Origin: Phoronis australis
Taxonomy: Eukaryota > Animalia > Phoronida
Direction of reading: 5' to 3'
Assembly: GCA_002633005.1 (NCBI GenBank)
Contig: NMRA01000174.1
Span: forward strand, 394,030 to 458,029
DNA length: 64,000 nucleotides
Each line of letters opens with the position of its first letter. Positions within the stretch are counted from its first letter, which is position 1. The position numbers were made by a program, and so were the translations under genes. Positions 25,501-37,807 of this stretch are shown in pieces. Below the pieces are notes generated by a model. That model did not search any database. It worked only from the letters and a program-made list of their open reading frames with translations, and had not been told where the DNA came from.

Positions 25501-28500
25501 GAGACTCGAACCCACAAGCTCGAGTAAAGGGAACAGACACTTATCACACTAGACTGGACTGCCTCCTTGGTGTTTTTAACTAGATATTAATAAAACATAA
25601 AAATGGTTCCGGATGATCAGTACAATGGGGTCACATGAGCGGCCTGCACACATCTGGTACAGTGTGTACCAGACCGCGTGCAATTATCTTTATTAGTAGT
25701 GTCACAAAATCCTATTTTAGTTAGTCCACTAAGCGCTCTGAAATGCTACTGGTTTTGCTCTACCAGGCTTTACATCAGATACCTGTTTCAATCGAATGTC
25801 AGTAAGTCCTCAGTATGCTGCGTGTAACGTGCGTTTCGCTTAAAATGCTATAACCCCTGTTCAGGAATTTTTACTGAAAATGACACTAAATCTCGTTTAG
25901 CTGTTGAGAAAGATGCACTTTCAAGGCCCTTCACCCTAGGGGAAAGATTTCTTTGAATTCTGAGAGCGAATTTTTGGTTGAAAGGACTCGAGTACCCAAA
26001 GCTAACAAGAAGTGAATCTTACTTTCAGGGAAATTTTTTAATCATTGGAGGGGAACTTTTGGGTCTGGTGAGGGGAATTTGGCATAATTTTAAAAATATT
26101 TTTTCATAGGGAATGCCTTGATTTTGGTGCCCCAAAATCTAGGCATCAGGAGTATAATGATTTTGAAAGAAAAAATCCTCTGTAACCATCATAAACACTC
26201 AAAAGTTTGCTACAAGTTTTTATTCTGTTCGATATCTGCTAAATTGTCGAAACACAAGTTTGCGTAACTATTGTTTATTGTCAGATCGCCACCTACTACC
26301 CCTCGCAAAGAGATGGAGGACGACAGCTGGACACAGGCTACTAATGTTGTACTGGACAGATGTGAGTATAGTCTTGGCCGATGTCATTCATTTGAGCAAT
26401 AGCATCAAAACTAAAATACAATAACCACCTAACATTACATAATGAGCTACAGTGTGGAGACTTGAACAGAGACGTGTGTTATTGGCCTACATTTCCGAAA
26501 ACTAGGTAAATTATACATTGTATTTTCTACCAAAGTCTGCGAAACAAAAGAGATGATCTCTGGATGTGGGAATTGGATGTTAAGTGATGCTGATAATTGG
26601 TGGGACATAATGCTTGTATTTTTTCCTTTGACGTACTGTACAGTAAAAGTCCTTAACGTGCGACACACGAACAACTCCGAACAAAGAAGTTCCGCTGTAC
26701 GGGTATTGTACATGCACTCTGCTTTTGAGTTCATAGAACTTAGCTTACTTGGCTATAGCTATAATGTCCAGTTGAATCTATCTTGTACGAGTTTTACTGT
26801 AATAAGGTGTAGTGCAGTTTTGCTTTTCAACCATGGCATTAAATATCCTTTCACTTTTCAGATAACAGCGACTTGAACCTTAAGGTAGACCAGGAATGCA
26901 GTAGCAAGGCATCTCCTGTGTGTTCTGATGGCTTTGCCTTCATGTGGTCGGGTGCCAGAGCCACCTATGGAGTGAACAAGGGCAAGGTCTTCTATGAGGT
27001 TAAGGTGAGTGGATTACAGGTTGTGCTGGTGTCGTTGGTAGGGAGATGTGATGAGCTTTAACTTCAGGTCCGTGTTTTTGATGCCCATGATATTGGTGAA
27101 GTTCTGATCTTGCTGCCAGCTATGAATGATTCCAAGTGTTATTTAGGAGAGTCTTGTCTGTGGTACTTGGCTCTTGAATTACATGCTGTGTTGTGAAATG
27201 GACACTTGTTGGGGTTGAAAGTTGTACGTTTTGCCTGAGGTGTCTGGAATTGCAGAGTTATGTGTTGAGATTTTTTCACTGCATTCATCGAAAAATGTCA
27301 ATTTTTTACTATGAATTTGCGTTAGAAGTAAGAATTTAATGAAGGTGGTCAATTCATTTGTCTGTTAAATGTGTGTAAGTAACAAGCTACTCGCTGCTTG
27401 TTAATTCTGTAATAAAAGATTTTTGGCTTAATAAGTATTTTGCATTTTGCATTTTGAGTTTATTTTTCAGTGTTTGTATCGGATTTCAAAACCATGACAG
27501 AGATAGCCATTTATTAATCTGTTTTAATTATGCAAATAAATACAGCGGCCTCATTCAGTTGTCTCTATGCTAATTATCATCTTGTTCGTTCATTGGCCAG
27601 ATCACTGAAGAGTTGGATGTGAGTCACTTGCCAGAAGAGGAGACGAGTAGACATGTAGTGCGAGTGGGCTGGTCCACAGACACCACATCCATGCAGCTAG
27701 GTATGTAGATTTCAGGCATTTGCTAAAGTAACGTATAAAAGTTGAACATTTTTGTAGCTTGTCTCTCTGTAACATTCTTGCTTACAAAAGGCTGTGGCCC
27801 TGATTTCACTTGTGTCCTGGCAAAATTACCCAAAAGCATGGTCGTGACTAGTAGAGCATATGAGTCATTTCTGTTGACAGGGTAGGTCCCCTTGGATCGT
27901 TGACTCTGGTTGACGGGCTTACCACATGGGCTGGGTTATGTTAATAACACTAATATTTTGTAAATATTGCTAAATAAGATCTGCAGTTCACAAATGTCGA
28001 TACCCTTCTTAATTCTTGTTTTTTTGTGTTAACAGGTGAAGAACCTATGTCATATGGCTATGGCGGTACAGGCAAAGCCTCCGTTGACTGTAAATTTAGG
28101 GACTACGGAGAGTCTTTTGGCGTCAACGATGTTGTCGGATGTATGCTGGTATGTTTTCATTATTACAAACAAAACATTTGTAAATTCGATTATAGTTCAG
28201 TGTTCATCTCACATTTCTAAACACTGGGTTCCAGTGGACCCAACTTCCAAAACTTTTGAGCCCCATTACCATTTCCTGGGTTGTGTGAAAACAGTCCGTA
28301 AGTACTGAATAATGCACATTGTTAAACTGGAGTCTGTATGCTAATTTTGTTATACTTAAACCAATGAGAAATCTGGAAGACAATCAAAAATTGTAATGAA
28401 CTGGAAAAAATTAAAATAATCTGTTTTATTTTTCATAGTTGCACTCATTAAAATAGGCGTCTTTTGAAGTTGCCTGGTGCAGGCACTGATAACTTATTTG

Positions 28501-31500
28501 TCAAAATGACTTCTTCGTTACGATCATACTCAGTTATGACGTGACCATCACTAACTGTCACTTGTTATTTGTTAGTCTCATCAAAAATCTTTCTGCTGTA
28601 ACTGGGTTTTAATGACTACTTTTCACTCTATTGTGATGCTTACCTGATCTCAACTGCAAAGCCATGAAAACTTCTTCAGAATACTGTCATGTGTTGTTGA
28701 GTGGCGCACATCGTCTTGCTTGCTGTCGTCTGATTGGCTGATGCATTTTCCGTTTCTCTTTACAGAACATGGAGCAGGATCCAGTGCAGATGTCGTTCAC
28801 CAAGAATGGACAAGAGCTGGGCGTGTGCTTCGAAGTGTACAAGGAAAGTCTGGGTGAGACCGCCCTCTACCCCCACGTACTGACAAAGAACTGCTCGTTT
28901 GTCTGCAACTTTGGCGAGCAGGTAGGCCTACCCTGATAGAGCCCTTGGCTTGTGCGGATTTGTGAGTTAGAATAGTCTGATGAATACTGGAATGCACATT
29001 TCATGCTGTGTTCTGTATTTCATCAAAATGTGTTTATTGCTGGAGTAACAAGTTGCATGATATTTCAATATTTCTTTTAATTACCTGTGACTGAAATTTT
29101 GCTTCTAAGATTTGCTGTTGGTTTTGGTCGAAGTACTTTGAAAAGTTAACTGTTGACGTTCTTTCATGGTTGGCTACCTGTTGTTAGGAGGAGCCCTTTT
29201 TCCCCTGCCCAGAGGATTATGTATTCATCAATGCCGTGCCCCTGGAGGAGCGCATCAGGGGAACTGAGCCACCAGCAAAGAAGGAGGAGTGCGAGGCAAG
29301 TTCATGGTTTGGTTGATTCTTCGTTTGATTTGTGTATTTTAGCCATTCCATCATTCATTCCTGCCTTGGTTGAAATAAGCAAAATGTACTTTGCCTCCTG
29401 CAATCCAGAAGGTTATTTTGTTAGTGCGATTTTTATTTGATGTGTGTCCATTATGTTGTTCAATGTCCTATTCACTGTGTTCGGGTTTTTGAGAATTTTT
29501 TGTTCCGTCTGTGGTGACTGAGCGAGACAGATTGTACACAAATAACTTTGGACGTCTTGATTACTGTGCAGCCTTTATAGGCCTGTTAACAAACATTACT
29601 CAACAGTGCATAAAGTGTTAGCTTCTTGTGAATGAGGGTTGGCGCGTTAGTTGGTGTGTCTAGCTGCAGTCACCCCGTGCAAGCGTGCTATTGTCTTGAT
29701 TGTTGTGCCCCCCCCCAGGTCGTCGTGATGTGTGGCCTGCCGGGAGCTGGCAAGACGACTTGGGTCACAGAGCACCGGCGCGCCAACCCTCACATGCGTT
29801 ACAATGTGCTTGGCACGGACGAGATCATTTACCACGTAAGTACTGACCGTGTGACTACACTGTTTCAGGTCATCATGATGGTAGGACTACCTGGTGCTGG
29901 TAAGACCACGTGGTCCAGCAAGTATGGCGCTGAGCACCCGGACAAGAAGTACTGTGTCCTGGGCACCAACAACCTCATCGACCGCATGAAGGTAGTCTAT
30001 GGCGTCGCTGCTCTTCTCAGCGTCAGCTGTTGCTATACTTGACTCGACACTCACATCGTCGCACGGTGTATTCTCATTCAAGTTTTGACTAAATTTTTTT
30101 GCGTTCTTGCATCTTGTTTCAAAGATTGCGTTCATCCCAGATATTATCAATCAATCTACACTGGCGTTAGTAAGTCTGTACAGTCAAAGAAAATCGCAGG
30201 TTTCTGTTTTAAAGCTTTTCCTGTTCAAACCACTTATGGTAAGATTTGTTTTTGAAGAACCTTGCTGTAGATAGGTTGCTAGTGTCAATAATTAGCAAAA
30301 CACTGTAGCATGTTTTTTTACGTCTACTCTGTACATTTCAGGTTATGGGGCTTCCCAGAAAGCGTAACTATGCCGGACGGTGGGACGTGTTGATTGACAA
30401 GGCCACAAAGGCACTGAACAAACTGCTGGAAATAGCCTCCAGAAAGAAGCGTAACTATATTATTGACCAGGTATGTAGGATGCCGCTTCACTCCCCATAC
30501 CACTAATTTTTTGTTTGCAGGTTAAGTCTTGGGTTGCTCTGAGCACACACACACTCACCCTTCATTTTGTACTGGCATTAGATCATAAATGGATGGATTT
30601 GTTGACTCGTCGCATGTGCCGAATAGTGCGAGCTGCAGTTTCGTGTTGCGAGATGCCAAACTTTGGAGTATACTACAACTAGATACCGGAGTGAAACTAA
30701 TTGTTTAAGGAGTATATATGGAGAAACTGGATGTAAATGTATTAAAGGAGACCTGCTACGGGGAGAGTTGCAAATAACAACAGCTTAATATACTGGGCAC
30801 GATGAACCTGCATGGCGACCTTGTGTGTTTTATGACGGTTCCTTGAAGATAGCATTGTGTTACAGGCAACTTGGATTATGTTGCGCGTGTCATCCTACAT
30901 CTACTTGAACACGATGAAAATGTCGGAAATGTGTAGTGTGTTGGTAGTAATGCTTGTGTGCGTTCAGTGTAGCCACCATTGTGTGTTGTTTTGAGCTGGT
31001 AGGTACTGCTGTTTTTCTTTTTTACTTCTCCATTGCGTTTTCAGTGGGCTGTTGCTGAACTGGTAGGTATAACGGTAAGTTTAGAGGGGAAATAACGATA
31101 CTCCTGGGTCTGGGTGGGGGCAGTCAGACTTTCACTCTTTGTGGTTAAGGTAAGTCCTTTCATTTACGCTTACAATACGCTTGGAGCACTCAACTGCGCA
31201 ATGATTTCACACAGAAGTGGCTATGGAGATAATTAACAACAGATGGATATGCGAAGTGGATAAGAGAAATATATAGTCAACGACGATATCGCCATTGGTG
31301 TGGAGAGAAAGTGATACGAAGATTATACCGATTAAGTGAAGAAATACTTGGCTGTTGTCAGTCACATTTGCTTAGATCATTGATGTTAGGTTCACTGAAG
31401 TTCACTCATGGAAGTTGGTGTAATTTATACTCATAAGTCATTTTCTCAGTTTCTGGCTAATATAGTCTGCAATAGCTGAAGTTGAATCGAATGAAAGCAG

Positions 31501-34500
31501 TATATAAGCATATGCACTAGAAATGTTACTTATGCATTAAGATACATAGTTTAAAGCTGTCTTTAAAGCTGTCATCAGCACCGACACAGTGGTAAGTATG
31601 GTGGCTCCCCCATGGAGGGCCGTTGCTCATCCGTTAAGGTGTTGTTGGCTTGTCTTGCCGACTATTAATCTGTTTGTATCGATACGCCCGCAGACAAATG
31701 TGTACCCGTCAGCCCAGAGACGTAAAATGCGGCCTTTTGAAGGATTCCAGCGCAAAGCTGTAGTGATCATTCCCTCGGATGACGAATTCAAAAGCCGCTG
31801 TGAGAAACGCGACGCTGAGGAGGGAAAAGATGTCCCTGAAGACGCCGTTCTTGAAATGAAAGGTAGGAGGATGGTAAACTGCCTCGACAACCACTAATCA
31901 CTTCTTTGTTACAGAAACCTAACCTACGCTAAAAGGTCAGGCTAAGCATTGCCCAAAGTCGTTGCGTTGGTACTGACCTGTAACTGACAGGTGTTGGGCA
32001 ATGGTTAGCCACACGGGGCATCTCTCAGTGATTCTGCCTTCCTGATCAGATGTGCTGCGTGGACCTTGGCGCTGCTGCCCACCTCTGTTCTAACAACTGG
32101 CATTCCCTTCTCTTGCAGCAAACTTTGGCTTGCCTGAGGTAGGTCCCAACTTTGACTCTGTCGAGTTCGTTGACAACGAGAAAGAGGCTGCGGAAAAACT
32201 GGTGGAGCAATACAACAAGGAAGGACAGGTGAAGTTCCCTCTCAAGTCGAGGTTTCACGATCGCAACAGGAGTGACCGGTCAGGAGGTAAGAGTATTATA
32301 CTAATTGCCATTCACTGGCGGTGGAAATTTTTCACACAGTCAACTGTAATGCAAAGACAGACTATACATTTTGTATGAAACCTTGCGGTTGGCTGTGTTT
32401 TTGACTAAAAGTTGTTTCGGATAAACATGAAATCAGTAAGTTTCTATTAATTTGCAGATTAGGTCATAAACTGAAGAGAAAATACCTTTTACTGCAATTC
32501 TCATTCCTTCGTGTTGTAATTATCCAGGTTACCATAGCAGTGGTGGTCGCCGTGATGACAGACGATTTTCTGGAGGCCGTGGTGGTGGTGGTGGCGGTTT
32601 CAACCGCGGAGGCTACAATAGAGATCGTAACTATGGCGACAATCGCTATGGAGGTACACAAGTTTTTGGTCTTGCCATAAAGCTAGACGTATCTCAAGTC
32701 GGTGCACCAGCAGACTTCACATTACCAGGCCTCTCTTGTTTTCATTCAAACAAAAGTTCACGAATCTTGAGTTCTATTGATTATTCGCTGACAATCGACC
32801 TAAAATGTTAAAAACAGCTTCTGTTGTTGGTGGACTGCTCACCCCTTTCGACTTCAGATGTCCCTGGCAAACGTAGTGTTCTTGTGAAAATGGACAAGCA
32901 TGGATATCAGATTTTTTAATAAATATTGTGGCTGGATGTGGAAATCAGTTTTTGATGCATTCTGAGAAATGGCCATGGAAAATGGCAATTTGTGCAAAGT
33001 AGCTCTAGATTTTAACTTATATCAAATTTAATCGTGTACGAAGATGTTCAGTGGGTAAGAAACTGGGCAAATGTTTATTTAATGCTGTCAACGCTTTCTT
33101 ATTAAGTGTCAGCTTTTAAACATTTCATCTTTCCGCTAAGTCTGCACATTTTCTAAAAAATCTTCAAATCTGGCATGCAAAATACTCCCAAGCAGTTTTG
33201 GTGGTAGGTAGGTCTTTAGCTTCATTTCATGTAAGGGTTGTAGTAATTAGCTGGAATGGGTCACCTACACTCAGTTGTTAGGACACCATCACAGTTTTTT
33301 GTGCAGGGGACTTTGCTTTTTCTTTGAGGTAATCAATTGAAAGTAGAGGGCAACAACATGGCCTCACCTTTTTGCCCTAATTTGCAGCTTGGGTGGCATC
33401 TTACCCAATTAGTGTATTATAGTAAGAGTTCCAGTAGTTAGTTATGTTTTAGCCAGATAAATTGTCTTTACTTTCTTAAAGTGCTATAAGCAACATTCTG
33501 TTGTTGAATACAACTACTTTCTTCAAAAGCTTGCTCTTCTAAAGTAGCATCGTTACTTTCTTATCTTTTGTTTGAGTTGAAGTGGCTGACTTGATGCTAA
33601 TTGAGTCGAAAAGGTCGTCTTTCTAATCTTGATAAATTGAGAGCACAAAGCAGATCATCAGTGTAGGATAAGGGTTCCACTTGATTACCTGAATGCATTT
33701 TGTAGGATCATTGTGGCGCTACCTCTACTTGGTGAACTTCATGTTCCCCGTTGGGTACAATGGATAGCGTAGAATAACTGACTGCCATATGTCCTTGGCA
33801 ACTTGATGGGCCTAGCATGAATCAATGACCTGTCAGTTCTTCTGAAGCAAAGAAATCCCTTAATCTGAGTAAGAAAGAAGATGAGGGCGAATTCATAACG
33901 AGTTTTCTAAATCGAAGGAAGCTTTTTGACAGAAAGTGCAAATTTATTGCCCCTTAAGTTCACAGTAATAATTGTTATTGTCTTGTCATTGTTTTACATT
34001 TGGTATATTGGTCTATCCATTCCTTAGGTGGTTCAAGAGGACGTGGTGGTTACATGGGCTACTCGCCACAGGATCGCAACCGAGTGGACCGCAGTAGGGA
34101 TAGCCGGGACCGTGGGGTAAGTGTAAAAGTTGACAGCATGTGAACGAAACTGAATGGAGATACTCAGAGGGAAGTGGTGCCTCACTACTAAGTGTTTCTA
34201 TGCCAGGGTTTATTATCACAGGCTGCCTGGCTTAACTTTTTGACTTTGCGATCGTGATGGAAGTGACATCATATGCAAGTGATGGCTTATGCTGAAGTAG
34301 GGCACCGAAAGACAGGCGACAACTTAAGCACACTGACTTCTAATGCTTTGATAAGTTGACTGATGTAGTGTGTGTTGTCTTTTGATCAGTTGTGTTGTGA
34401 GGGTTTGTGCTTGACTGCTTATTTGTCGCATTCGTTTGTGCTTCAACATTTTGATTTCAACTCGAATGGAATTGTTGATCCTGCCTTATATTAACTACTG

Positions 34501-35421
34501 TGATATTTGGCAATCACAGAGACAAGGATACAATCGCCATGGCAGCTCAGGAAGTGGTGGCAGCTATGGCAACCGAAGCTGGGGCGGCAACCAGGGCTCG
34601 TGGAACCAGGGCCATGGCAACTGGGGCAATCAAGGCAACTGGGGTAACCAGGGCTGGAACCAATCAGGACAGTGGGGTGGGCAGAACTGGGGTGGCCAAG
34701 GATATGGGCAGCAGGTGAGTGAGAGGAGTATGCACGCTAATTACTTACTTCTTTGATAGTAAGAATCACAGTATATTGCAATGATGTGAATATCGAGTGG
34801 TAAGTTGGTAAATGTCTTTGGAAAGAGTTTTGTTCGGAAGATGATTTGCTACAAATCACTGACCCGTGTGTGCAGTAGGTACCATGACGTGCTGGGGAAT
34901 TACAGTGTGTGATATGTATAACTAGTTGGCACGTCATCCCTGCTGAGGCCATCCATATGCTAAATCTTTTGTTTTCACATTCACAATAGTTACTTGTGAA
35001 TACTATTGTAGCATAGATAAAATAGGTTTAAAACAACATTACTGTTTAGTTTCTGCTATATGGAGTTGTCAATTAAGAGCATGCAAATGCACCTTTAAAT
35101 AGTCTCCTTGCGCTTGTGAAGTGTCAGGTGGACAACCAGCTCATTGGCCTTACTCTGATTAGTTTTCTTAACTCCACCACTTAAGTCTCAGTTAATTCCA
35201 CAGGTTCATATTTGTTGATGACTAATAGTGACTGTTTGTGCTTACAGAACTGGGGTTACGGCCAGCAGCAAGGCCAGAACCAGCAGTGGGGACAGTACCC
35301 GGGCTACTACGGTCAGCAGGGCAGCTATGGCCAGGGTCAGCAGAGCTATGGCCAGCAAGGATATGGATACGGTAGCTATGGCAGCGGCGGGTATAGTGGT
35401 GGGTCTAACTACCAGAAGTAG
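22523..35421 (+). CDS. HNRNPUL1: Heterogeneous nuclear ribonucleoprotein U-like protein (hnRNP U/UL1/UL2 family pro-orthologue), 19 coding exons, about 857 aa with exon 12b
   Basis: Exons 22523-22664 (SAP), 22897-23234, 23428-23484, 23733-23811 (acidic), 24132-24219 (RS), 26285-26361, 26862-27004, 27601-27700, 28036-28148, 28766-28921, 29188-29295 (SPRY: [26 protein letters not shown]), 29719-29835 or 29869-29991 (Walker A GLPGAGKT), 30342-30470, 31694-31862 ([18 protein letters not shown]), 32119-32286, 32528-32653, 34028-34116 (RGG), 34520-34714, 35248-35421 (Q/G/S/Y-rich). All phases are consistent. Confidence 0.95.
23898..24008. repeat. Tandem duplication, 2 x 53 bp, in hnRNP U-like intron 4
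   Basis: GAATGGTAACCACACTGGTATTGTCATAGTTAAAGTG(A/G)TACCTTATGTAAACT repeated. Confidence 0.9.
25470..25566 (-). mobile_element. tRNA-derived SINE remnant; related copy at about 10924-11016
   Basis: CTGACT(C/T)AAGGGTCT(T/C)GCAGTG...CAGTG(A/G)GA(C/T)T(C/T)GAACC is shared by both sites; B-box GGTTCGA on the minus strand. Confidence 0.55.
29719..29835 (+). CDS. hnRNP U-like alternative exon 12a (duplicated Walker-A exon, Asp variant)
   Basis: Acceptor C9-AG at 29718; encodes [39 protein letters not shown]; donor GTAAGT at 29836; phase 0/0 like exon 12b; no stops. Confidence 0.8.
29869..29991 (+). CDS. hnRNP U-like exon 12b (canonical Walker-A exon, Asn variant)
   Basis: Branch-like TACTGAC and tgtttcAG acceptor; encodes [41 protein letters not shown]; donor GTAGTC. 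Confidence 0.92.
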
Positions 35422-36049
35422 TTGGTTGGTTAGCATGACTTGAGCGGCGAGCTAGTAGTAGTCCAAACATCATCCTACGAAGTAATGTGTGCCAGTGACC
35501 GGGTTGAAGAGCCAAGTCATAACTATAGCTTGTGTGCAGTACTGCCATGGAACTGTTATGAAGATCGTACTCTCTGATGTTCTAACTTGAGTTATGACAA
35601 TATCATCACTCAGCCTTCTGTGGACTTCTGCTCTGCCTATTGTTGTGGTGACTCTGAATCCTTGATCTTTGTCAGTTGCTTTCAGCTCCGGTGTAGTTCA
35701 AGGTCCTGATTCTGTTATATATCAATGTCATGAATAATTGCACCTGTTAGACAATTGAATGTTGTGTCCGTAGGTGTTTTAAAGTTTCGCATCCTAAGAT
35801 AGTTATTAGGTACTGTAAGAAGTTCAGTGTGAAACGAGTTGCATGCAAGGAAATCTGCGAAACTCGTGTATTTTTTACCATTTTGTGTTGAAGGTATTTG
35901 TAGATAACTGATTTTATATTTACGTTATTACGTAAACCGATTCTGAGGAACAGGAGTTGTCTGGGATTTTTTGATTAAGGAACGTGACTAAGATGGTGGG
36001 AATTTCACGAACATCTTCATTTTGAGATGTGTATTGTACAAAGGAATGT

Positions 36050-36055
36050 AATAAA
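36050..36055 (+). terminator. Candidate polyadenylation signal of the hnRNP U-like gene
   Basis: AATAAA about 630 nt after the stop codon, preceded by TGTA elements and followed by a U-rich tract. Confidence 0.6.
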
Positions 36056-37807
36056 TTTTTTATTATTCTGACATTTTTATATTTTTTCTTTTATGGCTTG
36101 CTCTGTTGCCAGTTCTTGTGGAAAACAAAAATCCCGAGTGGTGTGAGGTATTTTTGTAGTTACACAAGCTGATAGGATGCTGAAAAGGAATGTCCACGGG
36201 GACTGCAGTAACGTTCTCATTGACGATGACATTTTTCCGTGAAAACAATTCTTTTCTAATGAGCTCTGTTTCTTTGTTGATGAAAACGGCTGTGCCGCCC
36301 GTAAGGGAGGAATTTTGAATAGGTGTGGGCAAAACGTGTGGGCTCGCCCTTGTTTAAATGTTTATTTATCCTGTTGAGGCAAACAATATTGAAGTCTAAA
36401 ATATTTCACAGATTGGCCATTGAGTCATGTTTCAAGAGGCTGGTTATTTGTACATGTTCAGCATGCTAGTTGCTGCAGTCTGAAGGCTTGCACTGTGGGC
36501 TGAACTTCACCTCTGTAAACTACACGTTACATTTTTTAGTTATATTTTACTGGTGCACCTGGCTAAAATATCACAGGGACACCATAACTTCACTGTTGTC
36601 GCTTATACTCATTACCAAGCATCAAAATGTTGTTGATCTAAACAAATATGTTCATATTTATATGTTCATATTTGGGTTGGTGATGTTTATGAAAATGGTC
36701 ATTTCGATTGCAATGGAACATTCGTTGTGCTCACTGTTCAGACATGTACATTAGACTGAGATCTACTTTAAACTATCATTTCAACTTGCTCAGAACAAAA
36801 GGCATAATCTAACGAATTCCTCATTGCTGAGTTCACGTAATGCACTTACAATCGTTCGTAGCATGTTTTCCATTAACCTTCACTGTAGTGCCAAAATTAG
36901 GTAAATTTTGCGTATTTGATTTTTAGCCATTTTTACTTGCTGGGGGTGGTGATTTCCAATATTTTTCATCAGTTTGCTGTCTAAGAAAATAGATGTGCTG
37001 TTTGTTTGTTTTCAAGCAACAGGCGATAGAAAAGACATACCATCACCTAGTTTACAGTGCCTGACTACGGGCGGTATGCAGCTGTATCTCATGAAGGGGC
37101 TTCATTAATTTTTGCCAATATGTTTCTGTGGAGATCAAGTCAGTCAGTGAATTTTTAGATACTTTGACTACTGTTGGTCCCCTGGTGGCAGTTTCTGTAA
37201 CTAAGATTTCTTTGGTGAAATATCACGAAATTAGGCCAAAACGTTTCCGTCGAGAAAACTTGGCACATGCTTGTTTGAGAGCGACTTCAAAATTAGTCTA
37301 AAATCCTGTTACAATATTTTATTTTCTGTTTACTATTGTACCGGAGGATGACTCATGATTAATATCAAAACCTGGTTTACATGCTGCACTCTAGGTCGTT
37401 TTTGTTTTCCACTTCTAATTTCGCCAAAAACTAAAATTATTTACATCCATGTTTTCGAATGAGTCTAACCTGTGCTGTCACACCACTTACAGTGTTGGCA
37501 TTTTAGAAACCGTTTATATGTCTAACCTGTGCCTCACCACCAACCCTTGAACAAAAGTTGACTTTCAAACAAAAATATTTCAAAACAATTTCAGCAGTAT
37601 TTTAGCAGAGTGCAAGGTCAATTGAATGGGCACTTCTTGAAATAAATAGAATATTCATAAATTATACAAAAATGTATTTTTCGTAGCAGCGTGGTTGAAA
37701 ATGCATTATAGTTGAACCTTTATTGATGACAATGTAGTCGGTTGAACGTGCCTTTCAATTCAGGAAAGTCGCCATGTTGTACAACGTGAATTGTGAGCAC
37801 TTTAACC

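Noticed and set aside
29632-30042. Single 136-aa ORF with two P-loops read as a standalone tandem NTPase gene
   Set aside because: Internal splice signals show it is two alternative exons plus intron of the hnRNP U-like gene.
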